A DNA stretch of 32,000 nucleotides from Candidatus Saccharimonadota bacterium (GTDB taxonomy: Bacteria; Bacteroidota; Bacteroidia; Flavobacteriales; Blattabacteriaceae). The DNA is taken from assembly GCF_014252315.1 (NCBI RefSeq), contig NZ_CP059216.1, forward strand, positions 60,001-92,000, in the 5' to 3' direction. A program made the translations under genes and the position numbers. Positions within the stretch are counted from its first letter, which is position 1. Each line of letters opens with the position of its first letter. A model generated the notes under the pieces. That model made no database searches and had not been told where the DNA came from. It saw nothing but the letters and a program-made list of their open reading frames with translations. Below, piece by piece: positions 18,325 to 27,037 of this stretch.

Positions 18325-19446
18325 ATGAAAAAAGATTATTACGAAATATTAGGAGTTTCTAGAAGAGCTTCTTTAGAAGAAATAAAAAAAGCATATAGAA
18401 AACTAGCTATTAAATATCATCCTGATAAAAATTTAGATAATAAAAAAAAAGCAGAAGAAAAATTTAAAGAAGCTGCTGAAGCCTATGAAGTTTTAAGCGA
18501 TGAAAAAAAAAGAAGTAGATATGATAAATTTGGACATTCTGGAGTAAAAGGTAACAGTAATAGTTATGGAGCTGGTATGAATATGGAAGATATATTTACA
18601 AATTTTGGTGATATTTTCTCAGATGCATTTGGTGAAAATTTTTCTAGTTTTGGTTTTGGAAAATCTTCTCAACAAAAAACTATAAGAGGAAGTGATTTAA
18701 GAATTAGAGTAAAACTTACATTATCAGAAATTGCAAATGGAACAGAAAAAAAAGTAAAAGTCAAAAGACTAAAAATAGCTAAAGGAATAAAGACAAAAAT
18801 ATGTTCTTCTTGTAATGGATCAGGAGAAATAGTTCGTATCACAAATACTATTTTAGGAAGAATGCAGACTTCTTCTCAATGTAATTCATGTCATGGAACA
18901 GGAAAAAATATTGAAAATATTCCATATGGAGCTAATAAATATGGATTAATTAAAGAAGAAGAATTAGTTAATATAAAAGTTCCATCTGGAGCAACAGAAG
19001 GAATTCATTTAAGAATACCAGGAAAAGGAAATGAAGCTCCATTTGGAGGAATTACAGGAAATCTAATAGTGTTAATAGAAGAATATCCTCATCCAGAATT
19101 GAAAAGAGAGGGATGTAATCTACATTATGATTTATATATATCATTTTCAGATGCAGTATTGGGAAATTATTTTGAAGTACCTACTGTAAATGGAAAAGCT
19201 AGAATTAAAGTAGATCCAGGAACACAATCAGGGAAAACTTTAAGATTAAAAAATAAAGGAATTCCTAATGTAGAAAGACATGGAAATGGAAGTTTATTAA
19301 TACACATTAATGTATGGACTCCAAGAAAAATTAATAATGAGCAAAAAAAATTCTTTGAAATAATGAGAAAAGATGAAAATTTTATACCTCGTCCTAAAAA
19401 TTCAGAAAAATCTTTTTTTGATAAAGTAAGAGAAATGTTTTCTTAA
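18325..19446 (+). CDS. dnaJ: Molecular chaperone DnaJ (type I-like, with a reduced zinc-finger region)
   Basis: J domain DYYEILGV...YHPDKN, a G/F-rich linker, two CxxCxGxG motifs (CSSCNGSG and CNSCHGTG) and C-terminal substrate-binding domains. Confidence 0.9.
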   Translation: MKKDYYEILGVSRRASLEEIKKAYRKLAIKYHPDKNLDNKKKAEEKFKEAAEAYEVLSDEKKRSRYDKFGHSGVKGNSNSYGAGMNMEDIFTNFGDIFSDAFGENFSSFGFGKSSQQKTIRGSDLRIRVKLTLSEIANGTEKKVKVKRLKIAKGIKTKICSSCNGSGEIVRITNTILGRMQTSSQCNSCHGTGKNIENIPYGANKYGLIKEEELVNIKVPSGATEGIHLRIPGKGNEAPFGGITGNLIVLIEEYPHPELKREGCNLHYDLYISFSDAVLGNYFEVPTVNGKARIKVDPGTQSGKTLRLKNKGIPNVERHGNGSLLIHINVWTPRKINNEQKKFFEIMRKDENFIPRPKNSEKSFFDKVREMFS

Positions 19447-19487
19447 CAAAAAAAAGAAAGTTAATGTATTAATTTTCATAAAAAAAT

Positions 19488-20678
19488 ATGAAAAAAATAG
19501 TAGTTGTAGCTTTATCAGGTGGAGTTGATTCTAGTGTCGCTGCTTTAATATTAAAAAAAAGAGGATATAAAGTAATTGGTTTATTTATGCATAATTGGGA
19601 GGATCCAGTTTTTAATTGTACATGGGAAAAAGATAGTATTGATGCAATGTTATCAGCATATAAATTGAATATTCCATTTCAAATAATAGAAATGAAAAAT
19701 GAATATAAAAAATATGTTATCAATTATATGTATGAAGAATATGAAAAAGGAAAAACCCCCAATCCTGATATTGTTTGCAATAGAATAATAAAATTCAATT
19801 TATTTTTAAAAATAGCTATTAATAGTCTTGGAGCAGATTGTATTGCTACAGGACATTATGTAAGAAAAAAAGAATTTATAAAAAATAATAAAAAAATATA
19901 TAGACTTTTAATTGGTAAAGATTTAAATAAAGATCAATCATATTTTCTATGTCAATTAAATCAATATCAATTAGAAAAATCCATTTTTCCTATAGGAGAT
20001 TTTACTAAAAAAGAAGTAAGAAAAATAGCTAAACTAAATGGATTATATAATGCTTTTAAAAAAGAATCTCAAGGATTATGTTTTGTTGGAAAAATTCAAT
20101 TACCTAAATTTCTACAAAGAAAAATTAATCCAAAAAAAGGAAAAATTATATGTATAGATTCTAATTCAGATATATATAAAAAAAATAACCAAATAATACA
20201 TTTTTATAAAAAAAAACTTGATAATTTTTCATATTTAAAAAAAAAAATATATTATAAAGAATCAGATGGAAAATTAATAGGACATCATAATGGAGCTTAT
20301 TTATTTACTAAAGGACAAAGAAAAGGTATATCAATAGGTGGATTTAAAAAAGCCCTTTTTGTTATAGATACTGATATTAAAACTAATATAGTTTATACAG
20401 GATTGGGAATTAATCATCCTGGATTATATAGTAAATATTTATTTATTAAAGATAATGATGTACATTGGATTAGAAATGATATTATATTAAATGGGAAAAA
20501 TAAAATGAATGTTTTTTGTAGAATCAGACATAGACAGCCATTACAAAAATCAATATTACATAATTTAAAAAATGGAATATTAATAGAATTTTATGAATCA
20601 CAACGTGCAATAACTGAAGGACAATTTGCTGCATGGTATATAAACAAAGAATTAATCGGATCTGGTATTATCTCTTGA
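19488..20678 (+). CDS. mnmA: tRNA 2-thiouridine(34) synthase MnmA
   Basis: PP-loop ALSGGVDSSVAA, NPDIVCN, ATGHY, KDQSYFL and SQGLCF. Confidence 0.9.
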   Translation: MKKIVVVALSGGVDSSVAALILKKRGYKVIGLFMHNWEDPVFNCTWEKDSIDAMLSAYKLNIPFQIIEMKNEYKKYVINYMYEEYEKGKTPNPDIVCNRIIKFNLFLKIAINSLGADCIATGHYVRKKEFIKNNKKIYRLLIGKDLNKDQSYFLCQLNQYQLEKSIFPIGDFTKKEVRKIAKLNGLYNAFKKESQGLCFVGKIQLPKFLQRKINPKKGKIICIDSNSDIYKKNNQIIHFYKKKLDNFSYLKKKIYYKESDGKLIGHHNGAYLFTKGQRKGISIGGFKKALFVIDTDIKTNIVYTGLGINHPGLYSKYLFIKDNDVHWIRNDIILNGKNKMNVFCRIRHRQPLQKSILHNLKNGILIEFYESQRAITEGQFAAWYINKELIGSGIIS

Positions 20679-20717
20679 TATTAAAATATTATTTTTTTTT
20701 ATAGAAATATTTTTTTA

Positions 20718-20725
20718 TATTTTTG
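20718..20725 (+). promoter_or_regulatory. Candidate Bacteroidota -7 box (TATTTTTG) for the ilvDBNCA operon
   Basis: Perfect TAnnTTTG match 57 nt upstream of the ilvD ATG. It overlaps the 10-bp palindrome TTGTATACAA (20723-20732). Confidence 0.25.
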
Positions 20726-20782
20726 TATACAAGTATAATTTGTTCATTATTACATGATGAGTTTGTTTTTGTAAAATGTTAG

Positions 20783-22471
20783 ATGGAAAAAAAAATTAAT
20801 AACTTTAGTAAAAAAATAACAGAAAACACTGAGCTTCCTGCTGCTCATTCTATGCTATACGCTATAGGAATGAAAGATTCAGATTTTTATAAAGCTCAGA
20901 TAGGAATAGTAAGCAATTGGTATGAAGGAAATCCATGTAATATTCATCTTAATCAATTATCTAAAATTGTAAAGAAATCAATGTCAAATAATAATTTGAT
21001 AGGATTTCAAATAAATACTATTGGGATAAGCGATGGAATTACTATGGGAACATCAGGAATGATGTATTCTTTACCATCTAGAGAAATTATTGCTGATAGT
21101 ATAGAATCTGTAATAAATTCTCATTTTTATGATGGAGTAATTGCATTACCTGGTTGTGATAAAAACTTACCAGGAGTAACTATGGCGATTATAAGACTTA
21201 ATAGGCCTTCAATAATTATATATGGAGGAAGTATATCTCCTGGATATTATAAAGGTAAAAAATTAGATATTGTATCTTCTTTTGAGGCTTTAGGAAAAAA
21301 AAATACTTATAAAATAACAAAAAAAGAATATAAAAATATTATAAAACATTCTTGTCCAGGACCTGGTGCTTGTGGGGGCATGTATACTGCAAATACTATG
21401 GCCTCTATTTTAGAAACTATGGGGATAATGCTTCCATATTCTTCTTCTACTCCATCAACTAGTACAGAAAAAAAAATTGAATGTAAAAAATCTTCTTTTT
21501 ATATAAAAAAATTATTAGAACAAAATATATGCCCTTTAGATATAATAACAAAAAATTCTATAGAAAATGGAGTTAAATTAGCTATTTGTATGGGGGGGTC
21601 TACTAATTTAGTAATACATATATTAGCTATTGCTAAAACAGCAAAAATTAATTTTTCTTTAAAAGATATTCAAAATATTAGTGATAAAGTTCCTTTTATT
21701 GGTAATTTAAAACCAAGTGGATCATATCTTATGAATGATGTTCATTCTTCAATTGGAGGAATTCCATCTATTATTAAATATTTATTAAATAAAGGAATAT
21801 TATTAGGAGACTGTTTAACAGTTACTGGAAAAACTCTATATGAAAATGTAAAAAATTCTCCAGATATAAATTTTAAAAAACAAAATATTATTTTTCCAAT
21901 AGAAAATCCAATAAAAGAAAACGGACATATAAAAATTCTCTATGGAAATATTTCTCCTAAAGGATCTGTTGCTAAAATTACAGGAAAAGAAGGAAATAAA
22001 TTTTGTGGAATTGCTAAAGTATTTAACTCAGAAAATGAAGCTAATAATGCTATTTTAAATAATAAAATTAAACCAGGAACAGTTATTGTTATTAGATATG
22101 TAGGACCAAAAGGAGGCCCAGGAATGCCTGAAATGTTAAAACCTACATCATATATTATGGGCGCTGGATTAGGTGAAAAAGTGGCTTTAATAACAGATGG
22201 ACGATTTTCAGGAGGATCACATGGTTTTGTTGTTGGACATATAACACCAGAAGCATACTCTGGAGGAGTAATTGCCTTAATAAAAAATGGAGACTCTATA
22301 GTCATAGATGCAGAAAATAAAACAATTAATCTTAATGTAAAAAAAGAAGAAATTGAAAAAAGAAAAAAACTATGGAAACCTACTTTATTAAAAATAAATA
22401 ATGGATATTTATATAAATATTCAAAATTGGTATCATCAGCTTCTAATGGATGTATTACAGATGAATTATGA
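20783..22471 (+). CDS. ilvD: Dihydroxy-acid dehydratase
   Basis: Conserved NPCN, PGCDKNLPG, CPGPGACGGMYTANTM, ITDGRFSGG and GHITPEA. It has a 4-nt ATGA overlap with ilvB. Confidence 0.95.
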   Translation: MEKKINNFSKKITENTELPAAHSMLYAIGMKDSDFYKAQIGIVSNWYEGNPCNIHLNQLSKIVKKSMSNNNLIGFQINTIGISDGITMGTSGMMYSLPSREIIADSIESVINSHFYDGVIALPGCDKNLPGVTMAIIRLNRPSIIIYGGSISPGYYKGKKLDIVSSFEALGKKNTYKITKKEYKNIIKHSCPGPGACGGMYTANTMASILETMGIMLPYSSSTPSTSTEKKIECKKSSFYIKKLLEQNICPLDIITKNSIENGVKLAICMGGSTNLVIHILAIAKTAKINFSLKDIQNISDKVPFIGNLKPSGSYLMNDVHSSIGGIPSIIKYLLNKGILLGDCLTVTGKTLYENVKNSPDINFKKQNIIFPIENPIKENGHIKILYGNISPKGSVAKITGKEGNKFCGIAKVFNSENEANNAILNNKIKPGTVIVIRYVGPKGGPGMPEMLKPTSYIMGAGLGEKVALITDGRFSGGSHGFVVGHITPEAYSGGVIALIKNGDSIVIDAENKTINLNVKKEEIEKRKKLWKPTLLKINNGYLYKYSKLVSSASNGCITDEL

Positions 22472-24174
22472 TGGAAGAAAAATTATTTTCTGGATCAGAA
22501 ATAGTAATTAAAACATTATTAAATGAAAAAGTAAAATATATATTTGGATATCCAGGAGGAGCTATAATGCCAATATATGATTCATTACATGATTACACAA
22601 AATTTATTTCTCATATTTTAATGCGTCATGAACAGGGAGTCATTCATGCTGCACAAGGTTATGCTAGAGTAACTGGAAATGTAGGTGTTTGTTTTACTAC
22701 ATCTGGTCCAGGAGCAACTAATTTAGTTACTGGATTAGCAGATGCTCTAATTGATAGTACTCCAATAGTTTGTATAACCGGTCAAGTTTCTTCTAATCTT
22801 TTGGGTACTGATGCTTTTCAAGAAACAAATATTATAGACATTTCTATACCAGTAACTAAATGGAATATTCAAGTAATAAGAGCTATAGATATTTGTACAT
22901 CAATTCAAAAAGGTTTTTTTATAGCAAAAAACGGAAGACCAGGCCCTGTATTAATTGATATAACAAAAAATGCTCAATTACAAAAATCTAAAATTATATT
23001 TAATAATTTAAATAAAATAAAAAATTATAATATATTTTCTGACATAAAAAATTCTGATGAAAAAATAAAAGAAGCAGCAAATGTTATAAATAATTCTAAA
23101 AAACCACTAATATTAGCAGGACAAGGTATTATATTAGCTGATGCTGAAGAAGAATTAATAAAATTTGTAGAAAAAACAGGAATTCCAGTAGCAAATACTT
23201 TATTAGGATTAGGATCTATATTTACTAAACATAATTTGTACGTTGGAATGTTAGGTATGCATGGAAATTATGGTCCTAATATATTAACTAATAAATCTGA
23301 TGTTATTCTTGCAATAGGAATGAGATTTGATGATCGTGTTACAGGAAATATAAACAAATATGCAAAAAAAGCTAAAATAATTCATATAGATATAGATCAT
23401 TCTGAAATAAATAAAAATATATTATGTCATATTCCAATTGTAGAAAATTGTAAAGTATCTTTAATAAAATTAAATCATCTTGTTAATAAATCTAGTCATA
23501 AAAAATGGTTAAATCAATTTCATTATTTTATGAATAAAGAAAAAAATATTGTAATAAAAAAAGATATTAATCCAAAAAAAGAAAGAATGATTACTATGGG
23601 TGAAGTTATGAAATGGATAAATTTATATAAACATAATAATGCTGTTCTTGTTACAGATGTTGGCCAACATCAAATGGTTGCTTCAAGATATTTTAATTTT
23701 ATAGAAAAAAAAAGTCAAATTACTTCTGGAGGATTAGGAACTATGGGGTTTGCTTTACCAGCTTCAATAGGAGCTAAGCTAGGATCAAGTAATAGACAAA
23801 TATTATGTGTTGTTGGAGATGGAGGATTCCAAATGACTATACAAGAAATGGGAACTATTATGGAATATAATATATCTATTAAAATTATATTATTAAACAA
23901 TAATTTTTTAGGAATGGTTCGTCAATGGCAACAATTATTTTTCAATAAACGTTATTCTTTTACAAAATTAAAAAATCCAGACTTTATAAAAATAGCTAAT
24001 GCATATAATATAGAAGCAAAAAAAGTTTATAAAAGAAAATATTTGGAAATTTCTATAAAAAAAGCTTTGTATGATAATAATCCATTCTTGTTAGAAGTTG
24101 TAGTAGAAAAAGAAGATAACGTATTTCCTATGATACCTTCAGGGTCTTCCGTAGAAGAAATTCGTTTAACATAA
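22468..24174 (+). CDS. ilvB: Acetolactate synthase (acetohydroxyacid synthase) large catalytic subunit
   Basis: ThDP enzyme signatures: GYPGGAIMPIYD, TSGPGATN, GLGTMGFALPASIGA, and GDGGFQM...NN (ThDP-binding motif). Confidence 0.9.
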   Translation: MMEEKLFSGSEIVIKTLLNEKVKYIFGYPGGAIMPIYDSLHDYTKFISHILMRHEQGVIHAAQGYARVTGNVGVCFTTSGPGATNLVTGLADALIDSTPIVCITGQVSSNLLGTDAFQETNIIDISIPVTKWNIQVIRAIDICTSIQKGFFIAKNGRPGPVLIDITKNAQLQKSKIIFNNLNKIKNYNIFSDIKNSDEKIKEAANVINNSKKPLILAGQGIILADAEEELIKFVEKTGIPVANTLLGLGSIFTKHNLYVGMLGMHGNYGPNILTNKSDVILAIGMRFDDRVTGNINKYAKKAKIIHIDIDHSEINKNILCHIPIVENCKVSLIKLNHLVNKSSHKKWLNQFHYFMNKEKNIVIKKDINPKKERMITMGEVMKWINLYKHNNAVLVTDVGQHQMVASRYFNFIEKKSQITSGGLGTMGFALPASIGAKLGSSNRQILCVVGDGGFQMTIQEMGTIMEYNISIKIILLNNNFLGMVRQWQQLFFNKRYSFTKLKNPDFIKIANAYNIEAKKVYKRKYLEISIKKALYDNNPFLLEVVVEKEDNVFPMIPSGSSVEEIRLT

Positions 24175-24184
24175 CAAAATAATT

Positions 24185-24487
24185 ATGATAATTATGAATC
24201 ATAAATTCAGAATGATAATTTTAGTAGAAGATGAAATAAGATTATTAACTAGAATTATTATTCTATTAAGTAGAAGAAATTTAAAAATAAATTATATAAA
24301 TGTATCTACAAAAAATGAAAGTAATTATACAAATCAATATATTCTAGATGTAGAATGTAGTTTAAATAAACTAATAAAAATAAAAAAAATAATAAAAAAA
24401 ATAATTGGAATTATTTATATAAATCTTTACGAAATAAAAAAAAATAATTCTTATTATAAATTAAATATAAATATGTCAAACTTTTAA
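24185..24487 (+). CDS. ilvN: Acetolactate synthase small (regulatory) subunit, minimal ACT-domain-only form
   Basis: 100 aa. The N-terminus (RMIILVEDEIRLLTRIIILLSRRNLKINYINVS) aligns with the ACT domain of IlvH/IlvN (LSVLvEN.pGaLsRv.glFsrRgfNI.SL). Position between ilvB and ilvC supports the call. Confidence 0.65.
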   Translation: MIIMNHKFRMIILVEDEIRLLTRIIILLSRRNLKINYINVSTKNESNYTNQYILDVECSLNKLIKIKKIIKKIIGIIYINLYEIKKNNSYYKLNINMSNF

Positions 24488-24501
24488 TAAAAATATTTAT
24501 T

Positions 24502-25563
24502 ATGAAAATAAAATTTGGATCTATAGAAGAAAATATTATTACAAGAAAAGAATTTCCTTTACAAAAATCTAAAAACATTTTAAAAAATGAAATTATATCT
24601 GTTTTAGGATATGGAGTACAAGGGCCTGGTCAATCACTGAATTTAAGAGATAATGGGTTTACAGTAATTGTAGGTCAAAGAAAAAATTCTAAATCATGGA
24701 ATAAGGCTATAAAAGATGGATGGATAGAAGGAAAGAATCTTTTTTCTTTAGAAGAAGCGTCTGAAAGAGGTACAATATTAATGTATTTGCTTTCAGATGC
24801 TGGACAAATATCATTTTGGCCTACTTTGGTAAAGTATTTAACAAAAAATAAATCATTATATTTTTCACATGGATTTGGATTAACTTTTCAAAAAAAAACA
24901 AATATATATCCACCAAAATGGATAGATATTTTTCTTGTAGCACCAAAAGGATCAGGTACAAGTTTAAGAAGATTATTTAAAGAAGGAAGAGGAATTAATT
25001 CTAGTTATGCTATTTATCAAGATTATAGTGGAAAAAGTTTAGATAAAGTTTTATCTATTGGAATAGGAATAGGATCTGGATATTTATTTGAAACAAACTT
25101 TAAAAATGAAGTATATTCTGATTTAGTAGGAGAAAGAGGAACATTAATGGGAGCAATACAAGGTATATTTTCTGCTCAATATCAAATATTGAGAGAAAAA
25201 GGTCATTCTCCTTCAGAATCTTTTAATGAAACAGTTGAAGAATTAACTCAAAGTTTAATGCCATTAGTTTCAGAAAATGGAATGGATTGGATGTACTCTA
25301 ACTGTTCAACAACTGCACAAAGAGGAGCGTTAGACTGGTGGAAAAAATTTAGAGATGTTACAATTCCAATATTCAAAGAATTATATAAAGAAGTATCATC
25401 TGGAAATGAATCTAACCGAGTAATAGAATATAATAGTGATAAAAATTATAGAATTAAATTAGAAAAAGAATTAGAAAATTTAAAAAATAGTGAATTATGG
25501 AAAGTAGGCTCAATTATTAGAAAATTACGTCCTAATAAAAAAAATAATAAAGATAAAAATTAA
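24502..25563 (+). CDS. ilvC: Ketol-acid reductoisomerase (NADP+)
   Basis: GYGVQGPGQSLNLRDNG nucleotide-binding motif, plus HGF, DLVGERG and STTA. Confidence 0.9.
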   Translation: MKIKFGSIEENIITRKEFPLQKSKNILKNEIISVLGYGVQGPGQSLNLRDNGFTVIVGQRKNSKSWNKAIKDGWIEGKNLFSLEEASERGTILMYLLSDAGQISFWPTLVKYLTKNKSLYFSHGFGLTFQKKTNIYPPKWIDIFLVAPKGSGTSLRRLFKEGRGINSSYAIYQDYSGKSLDKVLSIGIGIGSGYLFETNFKNEVYSDLVGERGTLMGAIQGIFSAQYQILREKGHSPSESFNETVEELTQSLMPLVSENGMDWMYSNCSTTAQRGALDWWKKFRDVTIPIFKELYKEVSSGNESNRVIEYNSDKNYRIKLEKELENLKNSELWKVGSIIRKLRPNKKNNKDKN

Positions 25564-25588
25564 TACTTGTAATTATTTATTTTTAGAT

Positions 25589-26854
25589 TTGAATAAAATT
25601 GTTAAAAAATATTTTCCTTCTTCTGAAGATATAATTAAAGCAAAAATTTTATTAAAAGATATTATTTTTGAAACTCCTTTACAAAAAAATAGTTTTTTAT
25701 CAGAAAAATATAAAGCTAATATTTTTTTAAAAAGAGAAGATTTACAAATTGTACGTTCATATAAAATTAGAGGAGCATATAATAAAATAAAAAGTTTATC
25801 TTCTGATGATTTAAAAAAAGGAATTATATGTGCAAGTGCAGGAAATCATGCACAAGGAGTTGCATATTCTTGTAATATATTACAAATACCAGGTAAAATA
25901 TATATGCCAAATACAACTCCTAAACAAAAAATAAAAAGAGTAGAAAAATTTGGAGATAAATATATAAAAATAGTTCTATTTGGAGATAATTTTGATGAAG
26001 TTAATAATGAAGCTATAAAATATTGTAAGAAAAATAAAAAGACATTTATTCATCCATTTGATGACAAAAAAATAATTGAAGGACAAGCTACTATAGGATT
26101 GGAAATATTAAAACAATCTAGTATTAATATAGATTATATTTTTATTCCTATAGGTGGAGGAGGGTTAGCTTCCGGTGTAGGAAGTTATTTTTATATAAAT
26201 AGTCCTAATACAAAAATTATAGGAGTAGAACCTAGTGGAGCTCCATCAATGAGTTATTCAATAAAAAATAATAAAGTTATAGAGTTAAATAAAATAGACC
26301 AATTTATTGATGGAGCATCAGTAAAAAAAGTAGGATATTTAAATTTTGAAATATGTAAATATGTATTAGATGATATACAAATAGTTTCAGAAGGAAAAGT
26401 ATGCACTACAATATTAGATTTATATAACTTAGAAGCAATTGTAGCAGAACCAGCTGGAGCTTTATCTATATCTGCTTTGGATGTTTATTCTAATAAAATA
26501 ATAGGAAAAAATATTGTATGTATTTTAAGTGGAGGAAACAATGATATTACTAGAACAGAAGAAATAAGAGAAAGATCATTATTATATGAGGAAAAAAAAC
26601 ATTATTTCATAGTTCAATTTCCACAAAGATCTGGTTCTTTAAAAGAATTTGTAAGTAATATTTTAGGACCTAAAGATGATATAACTTATTTTTCATATTC
26701 AAAAAAAACTTCTAAAGAAGAAGGTCCAGCTGTAATAGGAATAGAATTATCGGATAAAAATGATTTTCTAAAATTATTAGAAAAAATGAAAGTATATAAA
26801 GTACATTTTCAATATCTAAATAAAAATCCTGATTTATTTCGTATACTTATTTAA
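25589..26854 (+). CDS. ilvA: Threonine ammonia-lyase (biosynthetic threonine dehydratase, short form with one C-terminal regulatory domain)
   Basis: TPLQK, LKREDLQIVRSYKIRGAYN (PLP Lys), SAGNHAQGVA, GGGGL and EPAGA. The apparent start codon is TTG at 25589, with no in-frame ATG before the conserved N-terminal region. Confidence 0.9.
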   Translation: MNKIVKKYFPSSEDIIKAKILLKDIIFETPLQKNSFLSEKYKANIFLKREDLQIVRSYKIRGAYNKIKSLSSDDLKKGIICASAGNHAQGVAYSCNILQIPGKIYMPNTTPKQKIKRVEKFGDKYIKIVLFGDNFDEVNNEAIKYCKKNKKTFIHPFDDKKIIEGQATIGLEILKQSSINIDYIFIPIGGGGLASGVGSYFYINSPNTKIIGVEPSGAPSMSYSIKNNKVIELNKIDQFIDGASVKKVGYLNFEICKYVLDDIQIVSEGKVCTTILDLYNLEAIVAEPAGALSISALDVYSNKIIGKNIVCILSGGNNDITRTEEIRERSLLYEEKKHYFIVQFPQRSGSLKEFVSNILGPKDDITYFSYSKKTSKEEGPAVIGIELSDKNDFLKLLEKMKVYKVHFQYLNKNPDLFRILI

Positions 26855-26879
26855 AATAAAATAATTTTATTGAATCTTG

Positions 26880-26969
26880 TACCCACGACTGGATTTGAAC
26901 CAGCACATCCATATTTATAAGGATACCACCCCCTCAAAGTGGCGTGTCTACCAATTTCACCACGTGGGT
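26880..26969 (-). tRNA. tRNA-Leu (anticodon GAG), type II with a long variable arm. CCA is not encoded.
   Basis: Folded by hand. Acceptor stem ACCCACG/CGTGGGT with discriminator A; D-arm GTG-AAATTGGTAGA-CAC; anticodon stem CCACT/GGTGG with loop TTGAGGG; 21-nt variable arm (ATCC...GGAT stem); T-arm GCTGG-TTCAAAT-CCAGT. Confidence 0.85.
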
Positions 26970-27037
26970 TTTTATAATTAAAATGATAAATTTAAATATA
27001 ATAAAAAAAATATAAAATATTTTATAAATTTTTGTTT

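Noticed and set aside
20723-20732. Perfect 10-bp palindrome TTGTATACAA taken on its own as a transcription-factor operator
   Set aside because: By a rough composition-based estimate, 10-bp perfect palindromes should occur many times by chance in 32 kb of DNA this AT-rich. I kept it only as a low-weight element of the ilv leader finding because of its position over the candidate -7 box.
21940-22305. 121-aa Pro/Gly-rich ORF antisense to the most conserved part of ilvD
   Set aside because: The opposite strand of a conserved, locally GC-richer coding region often stays open by chance. The Pro/Gly richness simply mirrors the Gly/Pro codons of ilvD (GGPGMPEM and similar). There is no start context or functional motif.
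26856-26870. ATAAAA-TAA-TTTTAT inverted repeat after the ilvA stop, considered as a terminator
   Set aside because: It is a 6-bp all-A/T stem with negligible predicted stability, and such repeats are expected by chance at this base composition.
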